64,000 nucleotides of DNA from Octopus sinensis (GCF_006345805.1 NC_042999.1:161882001-161946000); one strand, 5' to 3'. Positions 32,421-45,709 are shown, counted from the first letter of the stretch. Program-made: numbers and translations. Notes: a model not told the origin generated them from the letters alone.

Positions 32421-34540
32421 CAGATAAGAAAAAGAAATGGAGCAACAATTAACAATTAGAAGTTGATCATTGATATTAAATGGTCACAGTTTAATTGTAG
32501 TTCAAGAACATTTACAACTGTTTCAGTTTGTTATTTCAAAGTAAATTTGCACTTATCTCATTCTATTTAACAAACATCGTCAGAATGATTTAGAGTTTAT
32601 TAGAGGAATATAGATAGGAGAAAAAGGAAAATGAAAAAAAAAAAGGAAAAAGTTCATTAAATCTTTAGGTTTACATTTTTGTGCCCTTTTATGTTCCTTG
32701 TATATGTACGTTCCTTCAATTAGATGAATGGAGTAATAAGTGGGGAAGTGACTAGTTGACAGGCGGTGTTAGTCGAAGGAGTTATACCTGGTAGTAATAT
32801 CTGGTGTTAATTGTAATAAACAGTGCTGCTTGTGACTGCTAGGTAAGTCCCTATGATTACAAATAGTGCCCTTGTTAAAAACTATGGATGCTTTTAAAAA
32901 GTTAGTGTGATATAATGTATAAATTTTTATGTTACATAAAAGGTATAATAAAAATATAAATAAATAACATGTTATGTGTGCTGCAGGTTATCTCCTCATT
33001 AATATAATTAAAACCAATACAGTTGGCTAGGATAGGCTAAATTGCTCGTTTTAATCGTGTTTATGTTATCAGCCGCCCTAGCAATTGGTATGTTAGTCAG
33101 CGATCTAACTTTAAAGTGAATATGATATAGAGAATTATATGGCCAGGTGTACAATGTAGATTTATGATAGATAATTCAGTTAATCGGGGTAATTTAATTT
33201 AATTTAATTGAGATGTGATGTTAAATCATGCTCTGTAGTAAGTGGGAGGGTTAGGGGAGGTAATCAGATGTTAGGCAGAGCAGCTAGTAAACTGTCATGT
33301 AGGTATTAGCGGTATTTAGAGAATAAGAATTTATCTTTATGTAAACATGTTGTATTTTTCTCGTTTTGTTTATTATGTAATTCTGATTTGGCCATTAAAA
33401 TGTAGAGTTTCTCATTTATGCATAAATTACAGTGCTTATTTTTAAGGTTATATGAAGATGTTTTGACTAGGATACACTGTTCTAATCTATAACTAAAATG
33501 ATTATTTTTAAGTTCCCAGATGTAACTACTTAATCTGGTAGAGTTAGTCTTACTTCTATTTATGAAACTTGAGTGATGGGAATTATATCTAAGTTTCATT
33601 TAATTTTTAGTTGCTCCTATATAAGTTTTCTTGTAATTATTTGAGAATACATCACATTGGTAGATTACATTTTTAGTTTTACATTTATTCAAGAATTCAC
33701 AAGTATTTTTTATCTCTGCAACCACATAGATTAGTAAGATTATCTGTGCCAATGATAAGGTGATTATCCGAATTTTTAGAACGTGAGTTATTTGGGGGAT
33801 CACTTTTATTGTGTTTTTTATCTTTATTCTTCCTAGTTTCATAGAAGATGTCTAGCTTTTTATTGTTGATCATCATCATCATCATCATCATCATCGTTTA
33901 ACATCTGCTTTCCATACTAGCATGGGTTGGACGGTTCGACTGGGGTCTGGGAAGCCAGGAGGCTGCACCAGGCCCAGTCTGATCTGGCAGTGTTTCTACA
34001 GCTGGATGCCCTTCCTAACGCCAACCACTCAGTGAGTGTAGTGGGTGCTTTTTACGTGCCAGGGGAGGCTGGCAATGGCCACGATCGGATTGGTGCTTTT
34101 TATGTGCCACTGTCACGGAGGCCAGTCGGGGCGGCACTGGCAATGGCCACGTTCAGATGGTTCTTTAACGTGCCACTTGCACTGGTATCGCAACTACAAT
34201 TTCCATTGATTTTTGAGCGATTTCGATTTCGATTTCACTTGCCTCAACAGGTCGCAAGCAGAGTTTTGTGTCCCAAGAAGGAAAGGTAAGACTTAACAAA
34301 CTTTTTTCTTTTTTTCCTTTTTCTTTTCATTTTCCTTTTTCTACTTTCTATATTCCTCCGATAAACTCTAAATCATTCTGATGATGTTTGTTAAATTGAA
34401 TGAGATAAATGCAAATTTACTTAGAAATAATAAACTGAAACAGCTGTAAATGTTCTTGAAGTACAAATAAACTGTGACCTTTTAATACCAACGATCAACT
34501 TCTAATTGTTAATTGCTGCTCCATTTCTTTTTCGTATCTG
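32421..34540 (-). mobile_element. 5'-truncated Penelope-like element: GIY-YIG endonuclease remnant with an inverted terminal repeat
   Basis: KNVIYQCDV...TYIGAT, NSTRLSSYIWELK and CNLCINEKLYI (33306-33760). 32421-32666 is the reverse complement of 34289-34540. Confidence 0.85.
33869..34285 (-). mobile_element. RTE 3'-UTR-only copy nested in the Penelope-like element
   Basis: (ATC)n tail, GGATGCCCTTCC motif and structured units. Confidence 0.9.
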
Positions 34541-35858
34541 TATACACACATACACACACACACATCAGATATATGTGTGCTTGTGTGAGTGTGAGAAAAG
34601 CAATAGAAATATGTTGATCATAAGGGAGTAAAGCAAGTGAATGAGTGAAAAAAATTTTTTTTTCTCAAACCATTATATTTATACAATTAAATCTAAATTT
34701 ATTAAATATTTCATATTTTGTTCTGTATCTATAAACAATATTTCTGCATTATTGTACTTCATTGGAATAGACTAACAGAAAGACAGTAGATAATGTTTTT
34801 TTTTATAAATAGCATATTCAGATTATTGTCTCCATTCTAAATTATGTTAAGAAAGATAGATTAAGGAAGAAAGGGAAAAGACAAGCAGGAAAAAAAATAT
34901 TGGAAATAATTCAATTCATGTTCAAGGGCAAAGCAATCTGTTCAAGTTCAAATTCAGGTGGTGTGGAAAGTATTCTGTTTTCAGGTTTTTTCTTGATATC
35001 AGACACAGAATGTGTCTTATATATAGGTAAAAAGGATAAAAATTATATATGCACATTTGTTTCTCTCTCATGAAATGCTATCAAGCATTGGAAAAACAAG
35101 TTCAAAAGCCAGGGGGCTTCTGGCTGACAAGAGACATGTCAAAACACCAGTCTCCTAGAATTCTTTGCACTGATGAGCCAAGAGTGCTATGAACGCACTG
35201 TCATAAAAGAGAAAAGTTGTTTTCCTGTGACATATACAATAGTGACTAGCATATTTGTATTTAAATCTGCCAGAACATATCAAAACTAAATCTGCATATC
35301 ATTTCAGATCTCACTTTACACAATGCAAATAATGATTGTATGTATGTATGTATATATGTATGGCGGAGTGTTATATAAGAATTTATGAAATAAAAAAGGA
35401 GCACTTGATATACATATAAGTGGAGTGTATGTTTTGATACAGTCCTCGAGTAATCTAGAACATCATATCTCATAGTTTCATATCTGAAAATACACTCCCG
35501 CCCCCACATAACATTCATACACATATACACACACACTAAAACACATATGCCTACATAAACAGACACAGACATGTATATGTAAGCAAGTAAACATAGATAC
35601 AGACACACTAGTACACACACTAGCACACAGAGGAACAGACAGCTATTCACAAATGCACACAAAGTAATGCACACAGACATGTGTAAGCCATACCAATGCA
35701 GCAGCAGTGTGCATACGGAATCTGACACTTAATGATGACATCACTGTAACTAAGCAACAGAGAGAATTGATCAGTGTCTGTGACTGAGAGAGGGAGGGAA
35801 GGAGGGAAGCAATATCCACTTGGATACAGCATTCCAGCAGTGAGATGGTTGTTGTTTT

Positions 35859-35916
<58 letters not shown>

Positions 35917-36149
35917 TTATTGCAATATTTTGTTACAATAGTTATTGTTGTGACTGTTGTTTAACACCAGGTGAATCCTAACTGTAGATTTATGACCAAG
36001 GTCCAGACTTCAGCTGTGACCATACCCCACCCTTAGATATTACATATATAGGACTACATTATCCAACGTGATCCAAACTCATTTTCAAGACTGAGGAACA
36101 TTTGGCTGCCTTTTCTAGTAGGTTGAGCATGCATGTAGATACTCTTACA

Positions 36150-36667
36150 GTGCCTCTTGATATGGTTAGGGTTGTTGAATGGTCAGATCAATAAAGTACC
36201 AGTCCTGAGTTCAAAGACCACTGAAGTTGATTTGCTTTCATTTTTCCATAGTTAATAAACTAATATGGTGATCAACTTTTGCAAAACGTGTTGCATTATT
36301 TATCCAGGTTCTCTGTATTCTGTGTTCAAATCCCACTACTGTTAATGTTACATTTCATCCTTCCAGGGTCAATAAAATAAAATATCAGTAAAGAATTGGA
36401 TGTTAATGTAATTAACTAAATCATCTCCCCAAACATTTGGCCTTCGATCTATGTTGTATAAAGGACAGTGAATTGGTAGAATCATTATAGAGTCAGAAAA
36501 AATGACTTGTGGTATTTCTTCCAAAATCTTTATATTCTGACTTCACAGTCATCTTCAGCTTTTATTTTCTGTACTAGCCATGTACAGAAGTCAATGTTAT
36601 TAGCTAATCCCTCCCTTCAAAATTGTTATTATTAATCGTTATTATTACTATTATTATTATAATTATA

Positions 36668-36706
<39 letters not shown>

Positions 36707-36905
36707 ACACTGGACAAAATGCTTAGCGGCATTTCTTCTGACAATTTACATTCTAAGTTTAAACTCCACAGAGGTCAACTTTGCCTTTCATTCTTTCGAG
36801 GTTGATAAAATAAGTACCAGTCCAGTACTGGGATCAATGTAACCACCTAAACCCCTTCCCCTAAAATTGGTGGCCTTTTGCCAAAATTTGAAACAATTAT
36901 TATTA
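36150..36905 (+). mobile_element. Cluster of old SINE C-related copies
   Basis: Several degenerate GTTCAAA...TTGCCTTTCAT...ATAAAATAAGTACCAG blocks. Confidence 0.6.
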
Positions 36906-37010
36906 ACATGTCATTCTTGAGTTTTGGTATGAATGTACATATTCAAGATATCTCTGCAGATGATTTAAATTTACCACTTCAGAACATTTCAGAAAAATTA
37001 GATAGGCCCA

Positions 37011-37277
37011 TGGCACATAAAAAGCACCATCCGAATGTGGCCGATGCCAGTGGCACGTTAAAAGCACCAACCGATCGTGGCTGATGCCAGACACCCCTGG
37101 CACCTGTGCAGGTGGCACGTAAAAAGCACCCACTACACTCACAGAGTGGTTGGCGTTAGAAAGGGCATCCAGCTGTAGAAACACTGCCAGATCAGACTGG
37201 AGCCTGGTGCAGCCTTCTGGCTTCCCAGACCCCGGTCCTACCGTCCAACTCGTGCTAGCGCGGAAAACGGACGTTAA

Positions 37278-37308
<31 letters not shown>
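37011..37308 (+). mobile_element. RTE 3'-UTR-only copy
   Basis: Structured units, AGAAAGGGCATCC, and a GGACGTTAAAT(GAT)n tail. Confidence 0.9.
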
Positions 37309-37309
<1 letters not shown>

Positions 37310-37697
37310 ACACAAGTAAAGAAATGGATTAGCAGTGGGAAGTGCTAATCACAAAGGTAATAACAAAGTAAAGAATACCAAGAATTAAAAAAAATATTGT
37401 GAAAATTACTAAAATGCAGATTTTAGAACAAAAACAGGTGAATTCAAAAAAAGGAAAAAAGATAAGAATTAAGCAGATGCAAACAAATGCAAATAGTAAA
37501 GACTTAGAAAAATTCAAACAAAAAGATAAGAAGAGACAACTTTACAAACAATTACACTTGTAAATACATTGTCAATAGCCAAAATTTTGACAATGGAAGC
37601 AATATCAATGGCAAATTCACAAATGTTGCCAGCCAAAGAGAAACATTAAATATCAGCTCATTCCAATCTCCAAACAAAGAGAATGAGAGAGACGTAT

Positions 37698-38093
37698 CTC
37701 TCTTTACTCTCTTTTACTTGTTTCAGTCATTTGACTGCGGCCATACTGGAGCACCGCCTTTAATCGAGCAAATCGACCCCGGGACTTATTCTTTGTAAGC
37801 CCAGTACTTATTCTATCGGTCTCTTTTGCCGAACTGCTAAGTTACGAGGACTTAAACACACCAGCATTGGTTGTCAAGCAATGCTAGGGGGACAAACATA
37901 TACACACACATTTATATATACATATATATACATATATACGACAGGCTTCTTTCAGTTTCCGTCTACCAAATCCACTCACAAGGCATTGGTCGGCCCGGGG
38001 CTATAGCAGAAGACACTTGCCCAAGATGCCACACAGTGGGACTGAACCCAGAACCATGTGGTTGGTTAGCAAGCTACTTACCACACAGCCACT
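37698..38093 (-). mobile_element. SINE family A
   Basis: Near-complete reverse-complement copy. Confidence 0.93.
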
Positions 38094-38904
38094 ATGTCAC
38101 AACTATTTTATACCCTTGCTTGACAATTTTACTGAAGAGGCAAGGAGGAAAGTAACAAATGCCTACTGAAAAATTGAAGAGGTTTTAATATGTTCTCAAA
38201 TTAGTAGACAGAGGTAACTACCATCAATGTGTTGAGTAGTAGGGTTTCCATCAACTGGGGCTGAATGTATGAGAATTTGTGCTTAGTCATTAACCCTTTT
38301 GTTACTATATTTCTGACCAAAATACACCCCTCATGAGTTTCAATTAAATTCTAAAATAATCATGAATTTAGGCTTGTTTCATTAAATAACTGTAACTTTT
38401 TTACTTATCAACATATTAAAGTGATATTTGGAACATAATTAAAGAAAGGGTTCTTAATCAATTCTATTGCATAACTTTTGTCTCAAAGTGACTTTATTTA
38501 CAGGTAAATCCAGGTAAATTGAGAAAAAGGTAAAAATATTAAATTTTTTGTTTAAACATCACCATAGAGAATGAGGTAAGATAACAATCCCAATTGGATA
38601 CTTCACACTTGCCCACAAGCTAGTATTGCAATATATGGGATAAAGGAATACAAGGTTCACAGACAGGGACATTGACGGTGATGCTGACTCTAGGCTTATC
38701 ATCACCTTTGCAGTATTATATCAGCTAGTGGGAGCATAAAGGTGAAATGAAATACTATATAGTTGGTTGGTTGGTGTCTACACTGACAAGCAAGTCATGG
38801 TGAACCCCAAAGACCAAAATCTACTCTACAGCTGTACTCCATTATATACAGAAAGAAAGCAAGAAACCCAGTTGTCACATATGTGGGAGCAAAAGCGTAT
38901 TGAA

Positions 38905-38909
38905 GTATT

Positions 38910-38966
<57 letters not shown>

Positions 38967-38990
38967 AGAGAGAGAGAGAGAAGAGAGAGA

Positions 38991-39030
<40 letters not shown>

Positions 39031-39045
39031 AGAGAGAGAGGGAGA

Positions 39046-39077
<32 letters not shown>

Positions 39078-39368
39078 AGAGAGAGAAGAGAGAGAGAAAG
39101 AGAGAGAGAGGGAGAGAGGAGAAAGAGTGAGAGAGAGTGAAGAGAGAGAGAGGAGAGAGAGAGGAGGGAGAGAGAGAGGAGAAAGAGTGAGAGAGAGAGA
39201 AGAGAGAGAGAGAAGAGAGGAGAGAGAGAGGAGGGAGAAGAGAGAGAGAAGAGAGAGAGAGAGAAGAGAGAGAAGGAGAGAGAAAGAGAGAGGAGAAAGA
39301 GTGAGAGAGGAGAAAGAGTGAGAGAGAGAGAGAGGAGAGAGAAGAGAAGAGAGAGAAGAGAGAGAGAG

Positions 39369-39402
<34 letters not shown>

Positions 39403-39612
39403 AAAGAGAGAGAGAGAGATGAGAGAGAGAGAAAAGAGAGAGAGAGAGAAAAGAGAGAGAGAGAGAAAAGAGAGAGAGAGAGAAAAGAGAGAGAGAGAGA
39501 AGAGAGAGAGAGGAGAGAGAGAGAGGAGAGAGAGAGAGGAGAGAGAAAGAGGAGAAAGAGTGAGAGAGAGAGGAGAGATAGAGGGGAGAGGGGGAGAGAG
39601 AGAGAGAGAGAA
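38905..39612. repeat. Polypurine (GA)n-derived tract, about 700 bp
   Basis: Direct inspection. It explains ORFs 38767..39321 and 38826..39638. Confidence 0.95.
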
Positions 39613-40242
39613 CTGAACAACAGCAAAATCAACAACAACTGTGGCAGCAGAACTCAGAAACTGCTGCTCTTAAAGCATCATCAGTCACAGCTCTGAAAAT
39701 AACAGAAACAGAAAAATACCTTGCCTTGTGCTCAAGGTCAGGAATTAATGACTAAGCAACTGAACTCCACCAGCTTACAACAATGGGGAATAAGGAAGAC
39801 TGAAGAGATGTCTACAAGGCAAGAAGAGCCTACACTCACGATGTCACTCAACTTTACAGTGGCCCGAAAGGGAAATACTGATCTTCTCAATTAAACCTGG
39901 ATAGAAAGTGTGAGGGTAACCATTCCTAATAACCCTAAAACAACAGACCTTTAGCAAATACCATACTGATGGTCCATGAATATTGGAAGTATTTGACTGG
40001 GAAGATATAAGGTCCCTTACAATTCAGAGAAAGCCAAAATTGACCATGGGTACTTCTGGATTGTAGTACAATGCCAGGTCCTAGTAATAGGAATGGCATG
40101 CAATTAGAATCATACTGTGCTCTGACCAAAGTTAGATGGCAGCTTCTCACCCTTGTATACATAGGTTGCTCTTATTTGTTTCATGTTCTTATTTACATTT
40201 CATTTATGTTCATGATCATACACACACACACACATGTGTGTG

Positions 40243-40274
<32 letters not shown>

Positions 40275-40377
40275 AGCATATTCATTTACTTATTTTGTGT
40301 AGGCAAAAAATGACTGTGTAAATGTATTCCATATATTTTTGTCCCAAATTTAATTTTTGTATATAACTTTGTATATT

Positions 40378-41885
40378 CATCATCATCATCATCAATTAAC
40401 ATCCGTTTTCCATGCTGGCATGGGCTGAACAGTTTGACTGATGTCTGGAGGGCCAGTGGCTACACCAGGCTTCAGTCTGGTCTCGCAGAGTTTCTACAGC
40501 TGGATGCCATTCCTAAAGCAAACCACTCTGAGAGTGCAGTGGGTGCTTTTTACATGCCACCGGCACAGGTGCCAGTCAAGCAGGCCTGGCAATGATCATG
40601 TTCAGTTGGTGCTTTTTAAGTGTCACCAGCAACGGAGCTAGTAAAGCAGGCCTGGCAACGAACATGTTGAGATGGTACTTTTTAAGTGCCACCAGCACAG
40701 GAGCCAGTCAGGGGGGTACTGGCATCGGCCATGTTCAGTTGGTGTTTTTTACATGCCACCAGCACAGTAGCCAGTCAGGCAGAACTGGCTTCAACCACAT
40801 TCGGATGGTGCCTTTGACATGCCATCGGCATAGGAGCCAGCCAGAGGGCACCAGCCCCAGCTACAATATGGGTTTTATTTGACTCAACAGGTCTTCTCAA
40901 GCATATCATATTGCCCAACACATCACGAGTATTTTTAACAGGGCAGGACATGATTAGCTGCCATCTCACTTTAGTTGCCGGGTCTTCTCAATCACAGTGT
41001 ATCTCCAAAGGTCCCGGTCTCCAGTCATTGCGTCTGTGAGGCCCAGTGTTCGAAGGTCATGCTTCACCACCTTACCTCATGTCTTCCTGGGTCTACCTCT
41101 TCTACAGCTTCCTTCTACAGTTAGGGAGTGGCATTTCCTCACACAGCTGTCTTCATTCATACATAACACATGACCATACCAGCGCAGTCGTCTCTCTTGC
41201 ACACCACATTGGATGCTTCTTATTTCCAACTTTTCTCTCAGGGTGCTTACACTCTGTCGTGTATGCACACTGACATTACACATCCAGCAGATCATACTAG
41301 CTTCATTTCTTTCATGCCTATGCATGTCGTCAGCAGGCACAAACCCATGTTTCACTGCAGTTCGCACACATGCATCATACAATCTACCTTTCACTCTGAG
41401 CAAGAGGCCCTTTGTTGTCAGTAGGAGTAGAAGCCTACTGATTTTTGCCTAGGCTATTCTTATTCTAGTTGTAACACTCTCTGAGCAGCCACTCCCACTA
41501 CAGACTGGTCACCTAGGTAGCAGAAGCTATCAACTACTTCTAGTTTCTCACCCTGGCATGTGATGGAATCTGTTTTCTAAGAATCTGTGGTGTTTATTGC
41601 CCCTGTGCATCTGCCGCACATGAAAGTTATCTTCCTGGTTAATCTTCCTTTGATATTGCTGCACCTTTTATATGTCCATATCTTACACTGGGTACATCTT
41701 ATGGAGTTTTTTCCTACACCTTTTCTACAGATCGAGCAGGACCATCTACCTGAAGGGGTGTGTGATGTGTTCGCCTTCTGACCTACTAGGACTTTGGTTT
41801 TTGCAACATTGACTCTAAGGCCCTTCGATCCTAAGCCTTGCTTCCACACCTGAAATTTCTTCTCTCGTTCTGGTAGTGATTCTGC
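40378..41885 (-). mobile_element. 5'-truncated RTE LINE
   Basis: WKQGLGSKGLRVNVAKTK, GRWSCSICRKGVG, RLRWYGHV, a UTR with 5 units, and an ATC tail. Confidence 0.93.
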
Positions 41886-41974
41886 TTCTTTTTTTAACAC
41901 CTTAGTAAAACAATTTTTATATGTATAACTGGGATGTTGTTGTTACACACATTCAATGTTTTGTCTTGTGCTGA

Positions 41975-42017
41975 ACAGTTGCCAAGTGATGGTGGGGGTA
42001 CAAACACACACACACAA

Positions 42018-42056
<39 letters not shown>

Positions 42057-42220
42057 TATGACAGGCTTCTTTCAGTTTCCATCTACCAAACCCACTCACA
42101 AGGTTTTGGTCAGCCTGAGGCTAAAGTAGAAGACACTTGCCTAAGGTACCATGCAATGGGACTGAACCCAGAACCATGTGGTTGGGAAGCAAGCTTCATA
42201 CCAGACAGCTACACCTGCAG
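41975..42220 (-). mobile_element. SINE family A 5' half (older)
   Basis: Head and CORE-like part only. Confidence 0.8.
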
Positions 42221-42344
42221 CTGTATACTTTTTTTTATATCTTTTTATTATACATAAACACCCATTTTTATGTCTGTCTTTGTATTGCCCCCCCCTCATC
42301 TGTTACCCTGGAAGCAAATGAAAGAAATTATTATTATTATAATG

Positions 42345-42870
42345 TCCAAGATGTGCACAGGCTGATGAGATGGTCCTGCAATGCACTCATCCAGTGCCCA
42401 AGCATTGCTGACCTGTGGGTTTATGTCGAACACCTGCTGTTGCATGTGGGATAGATCCAGCTGTCAACTGAATCCATCGTGAAGATCACCTCACCGCCTT
42501 CCTTTAACCAGGAAAGAAAGGCTAGTTTTATATGCCTGGTGGCCATGGTGAGAGAGGTTGTATGGTGGACGTGATTGAAGGGGCTGAAGACAAACACTTT
42601 TCTCTTTGGCCAATCCCCGATCAACTTCTTCAAGTTTCATTTGAAAATGAAAATAAGAGTAGAGAGGAAAGTGTTGTCTTCTAACCAGTTTGCTGAAAGG
42701 TGGATGGAAGTGGCGAGAATGGTGAACGGGTCTGCACTGGCAATATGCCTGTAGTTGGAAAAAGGAAAGAAAAAAGGTACCTGCTCCAAAAATCAGATTG
42801 CCCGTGATTTTTTAAAAATGGTTTCTCTACGAGCAGCCCTCGAACCTCTCCTTCCTATTGAGGATCATAC
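42345..42870 (+). mobile_element. Tx1/L1-like LINE 3' end (C-terminal CCHC region plus 3' UTR)
   Basis: CPRCAQADE..HALIQCPSIADLW, followed by REVVWW and FAERW motifs and a stop. Confidence 0.7.
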
Positions 42871-42876
42871 ATTAAT

Positions 42877-43084
42877 CTTTTATTCTTTTACTTGTTTCAG
42901 TCATTTGACTGCGACCATGCTGGAGCACCGCCTTTTAGTCGAGCAAATCGACCCCGGGACTTATTCTTTGTAAGCCCAGTACTTATTCTCTTGGTCTCTT
43001 TTGCCGAACCACTAAGTGATGGGGACGTAAACACACCAGCATCGGTTGTCAAGCAATGCTAGGGGGACAAACACAGACACACAA

Positions 43085-43164
<80 letters not shown>

Positions 43165-43298
43165 TACGACAGGTTTCTTTCAGTTTCCGTCTACCAAATC
43201 CACTCACAAGGCATTGGTCGGCCCGGGGCTATAGCAGAAGACACTTGCCCAAGATGCCACGCAGTGGGACTGAACCCGGAACCATGTGGTTGGTTAGC
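42877..43298 (-). mobile_element. SINE family A (head truncated)
   Basis: Family A body and tail. Confidence 0.92.
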
Positions 43299-43590
43299 TT
43301 TATTAGTCTTTTTTCCATGCAAAACCCACACAAAACACACTCACACACATTCTTTGTTCTGTTCTATGTTGTCCATAATGTTTTTCTTTAATGTAAAACC
43401 TTGTGGTTAATAAAGAAATCATTGTTGTTGTTGTTATTATTATTATTATATTATTATTATTATCATTATTATCAGTAGTAGTAGTAGTAGTAGTAGTTCT
43501 TTGTAGCAGTTGCTAGTTATTTGCATCACTATGAATGACACACAGTAAAGTAGTAAAGTACATAAGACCATTACAAATTTACTGCTGTTT

Positions 43591-43621
<31 letters not shown>

Positions 43622-43732
43622 CCTCCCTCCCTCCTCTTCCTTTCGATCTCTATACACACAAAGAGAAAGAAAACTATACCTACATATGTATATATGTCTG
43701 TGTACTCGACTCTCTTTTATATGTAATAAATA

Positions 43733-43894
43733 GGCATAAGCATGGCTGTGTAGTAAGTAGCTTGCTTCCCAACCACATGGTTCTGGGTTCAGTCCCACTG
43801 TGTGGCACATTGGGCAAGTGCCTTCTACTATAGCCTCAGGCCAACCAAAGCCTTGTGAGTGGATTAAGTAGAAGGAAACTAAAAGAAGCCCATC

Positions 43895-43937
<43 letters not shown>

Positions 43938-44112
43938 TTCCCCCACCATAGCTTAAGAACTGATGTTAATGTGTTTATGTCCCCAAAACTTAGTAGTTTG
44001 GCAAAAGTGACTAATAGAACAAATTACAAAGAATAAGTCCTGGGGTCAATTTGTTTGACTAAAGGTGGTGCCCCAGCATGGCCACAGTCAAATGACTGAA
44101 ACAAGTAGAAGA
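43733..44112 (+). mobile_element. SINE family A, older subfamily
   Basis: GGCATAAGCATGGCTGTG head with a diverged body. Confidence 0.88.
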
Positions 44113-44765
44113 ACAAAAGGGAAAAAGAATGACTCTATGTTATAAGCAGTATTACATATCAGAACTTAAAACGTTTCCTGCAATCTCAGTTTTTAATGTT
44201 TTCTATACATATAAAATACATACATCACGATTTACACTTTTCACAAGATTGTATTAAAAACTTTTATGCTTTTCTATGACAAATTATAAAAAACTTCTGT
44301 GTGCAGAGAGAAGGCGAGAGCTAGTCTATGTAAATATATATTTATGTATTCTTCAATATACAGCACGGATTTTTGTCAGTGAACAGGTCGCAGATTTTAG
44401 CGACGAAAATATTTTGACAAATTAAACTTAAATGTTGAAGTGAATCGAACGGCTTTTGTGTGTTTCTTAAATGGCTTACAAACACCTTCCACGCTGCAAT
44501 TGTTGTTCAATATACATAATTTTATTATTATTTTTTTTGCAAACAACTTGCAGATGTAAACACTACCAGTTGAAAGCTCTACATAGCAGATGTTAGTAAA
44601 CTTATGGGGTCATCAGGAGAGAATGCACACTGTTTCAGGGACTTCTTCTTGATGGCATTACTGTGCAGTAGCCTCCCCATCACTGAAATCAACAGGTTAC
44701 TAGGTTTCACTCAATATTCATCTAGTCATTACTCATTACCTCTTTTTAACAAAATCCAGTATGTG

Positions 44766-44797
<32 letters not shown>

Positions 44798-44798
<1 letters not shown>

Positions 44799-45056
44799 GG
44801 TTAGGGCAGTGGACTTGCGGTCAGAGGATTACAGTTTCGATTCCCAGACCGGGCGTTGTGTGTGTTTATTGAGCAAAAACACTTAAAAGCTCCACAAGGT
44901 TCCAGCAGTGGGTGGTGGTGACCCCTGTTGTACTCTTTCGCCACAACTTTCTCTCACTCTCTCTTCCTGTTTCTTGAGTAATGCCACGAGGGACTGGCGT
45001 CCTGTCCAGATGCGGAGAACACATACGCCACAGAAACCGGGAAACTGGGCCCATGA
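44798..45056 (+). mobile_element. SINE with a family B head and 5' body but a different 3' half
   Basis: Matches family B up to CTTCCTGTTTCT (about 44974), then continues GACTGGCGTCCTGTCCAG...CAGAAACCGGGAAAC. Confidence 0.8.
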
Positions 45057-45299
45057 CAAACAGAAATATATATATATATATAACATATATTAATGTTTGT
45101 TTCATGTTATAATAAAAACAATTTTACATTAAACTTTTGGATTACTCAATATATTTCATAGAATACAAATTTATTATTCTTTAACAAGAATAGTATTGAC
45201 AATAACTGCAAAGTTTTGGCCAGCTAACCCATCATTAGGTTGTGTGTGTGTGTATGTATGTGCATGCATTTGTATGTGTGTGTGTGTCTCTCTCTCTCT

Positions 45300-45709
45300 C
45301 TCTTTTACTCTTTTACTTGTTTCAGTCATTTGACTGCGGCCATGCTGGAGCACTGTCTTTAGTCGAGCAAATCAACCCCGGGACTTATTCTTTGTAAGCC
45401 CAGTACTTATTCTATCGGTCTTTTTTGCCAAACTGCTAAGTGATGGGGACGTAAACACACCAGCATCGGTTGTCAAGCAATGCTAGGGGGACAAACACAG
45501 GCACACAAACATATACACACACATACACACAAAGATATATATACATATATACAACAGGCTTCTTTTCAGTTTCCGTCTACCAAAATCCACTCACAAGGCT
45601 TTGGTCGGCCCGAGGCTATAGTAGAAGACACTTGCCCAAGATGCCACGCAGTGGGACTGAATCATGTGGTTGGTAAGCAAGCTACTTACCACACAGCCAC
45701 TCCTGCGCC
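45300..45709 (-). mobile_element. SINE family A, full length
   Basis: Ends in CTCCTGCGCC on the plus strand. Confidence 0.93.

Noticed and set aside
35170-35200. CTGATGA...GAA hammerhead-like string
   Set aside because: There is no proper stem II-GAAA junction or stem I.
44345-44520. CpG-containing segment that may be another repeat or Helitron fragment
   Set aside because: It is single-copy in this window with no termini, TSD or coding motif, so it cannot be classified without a search.
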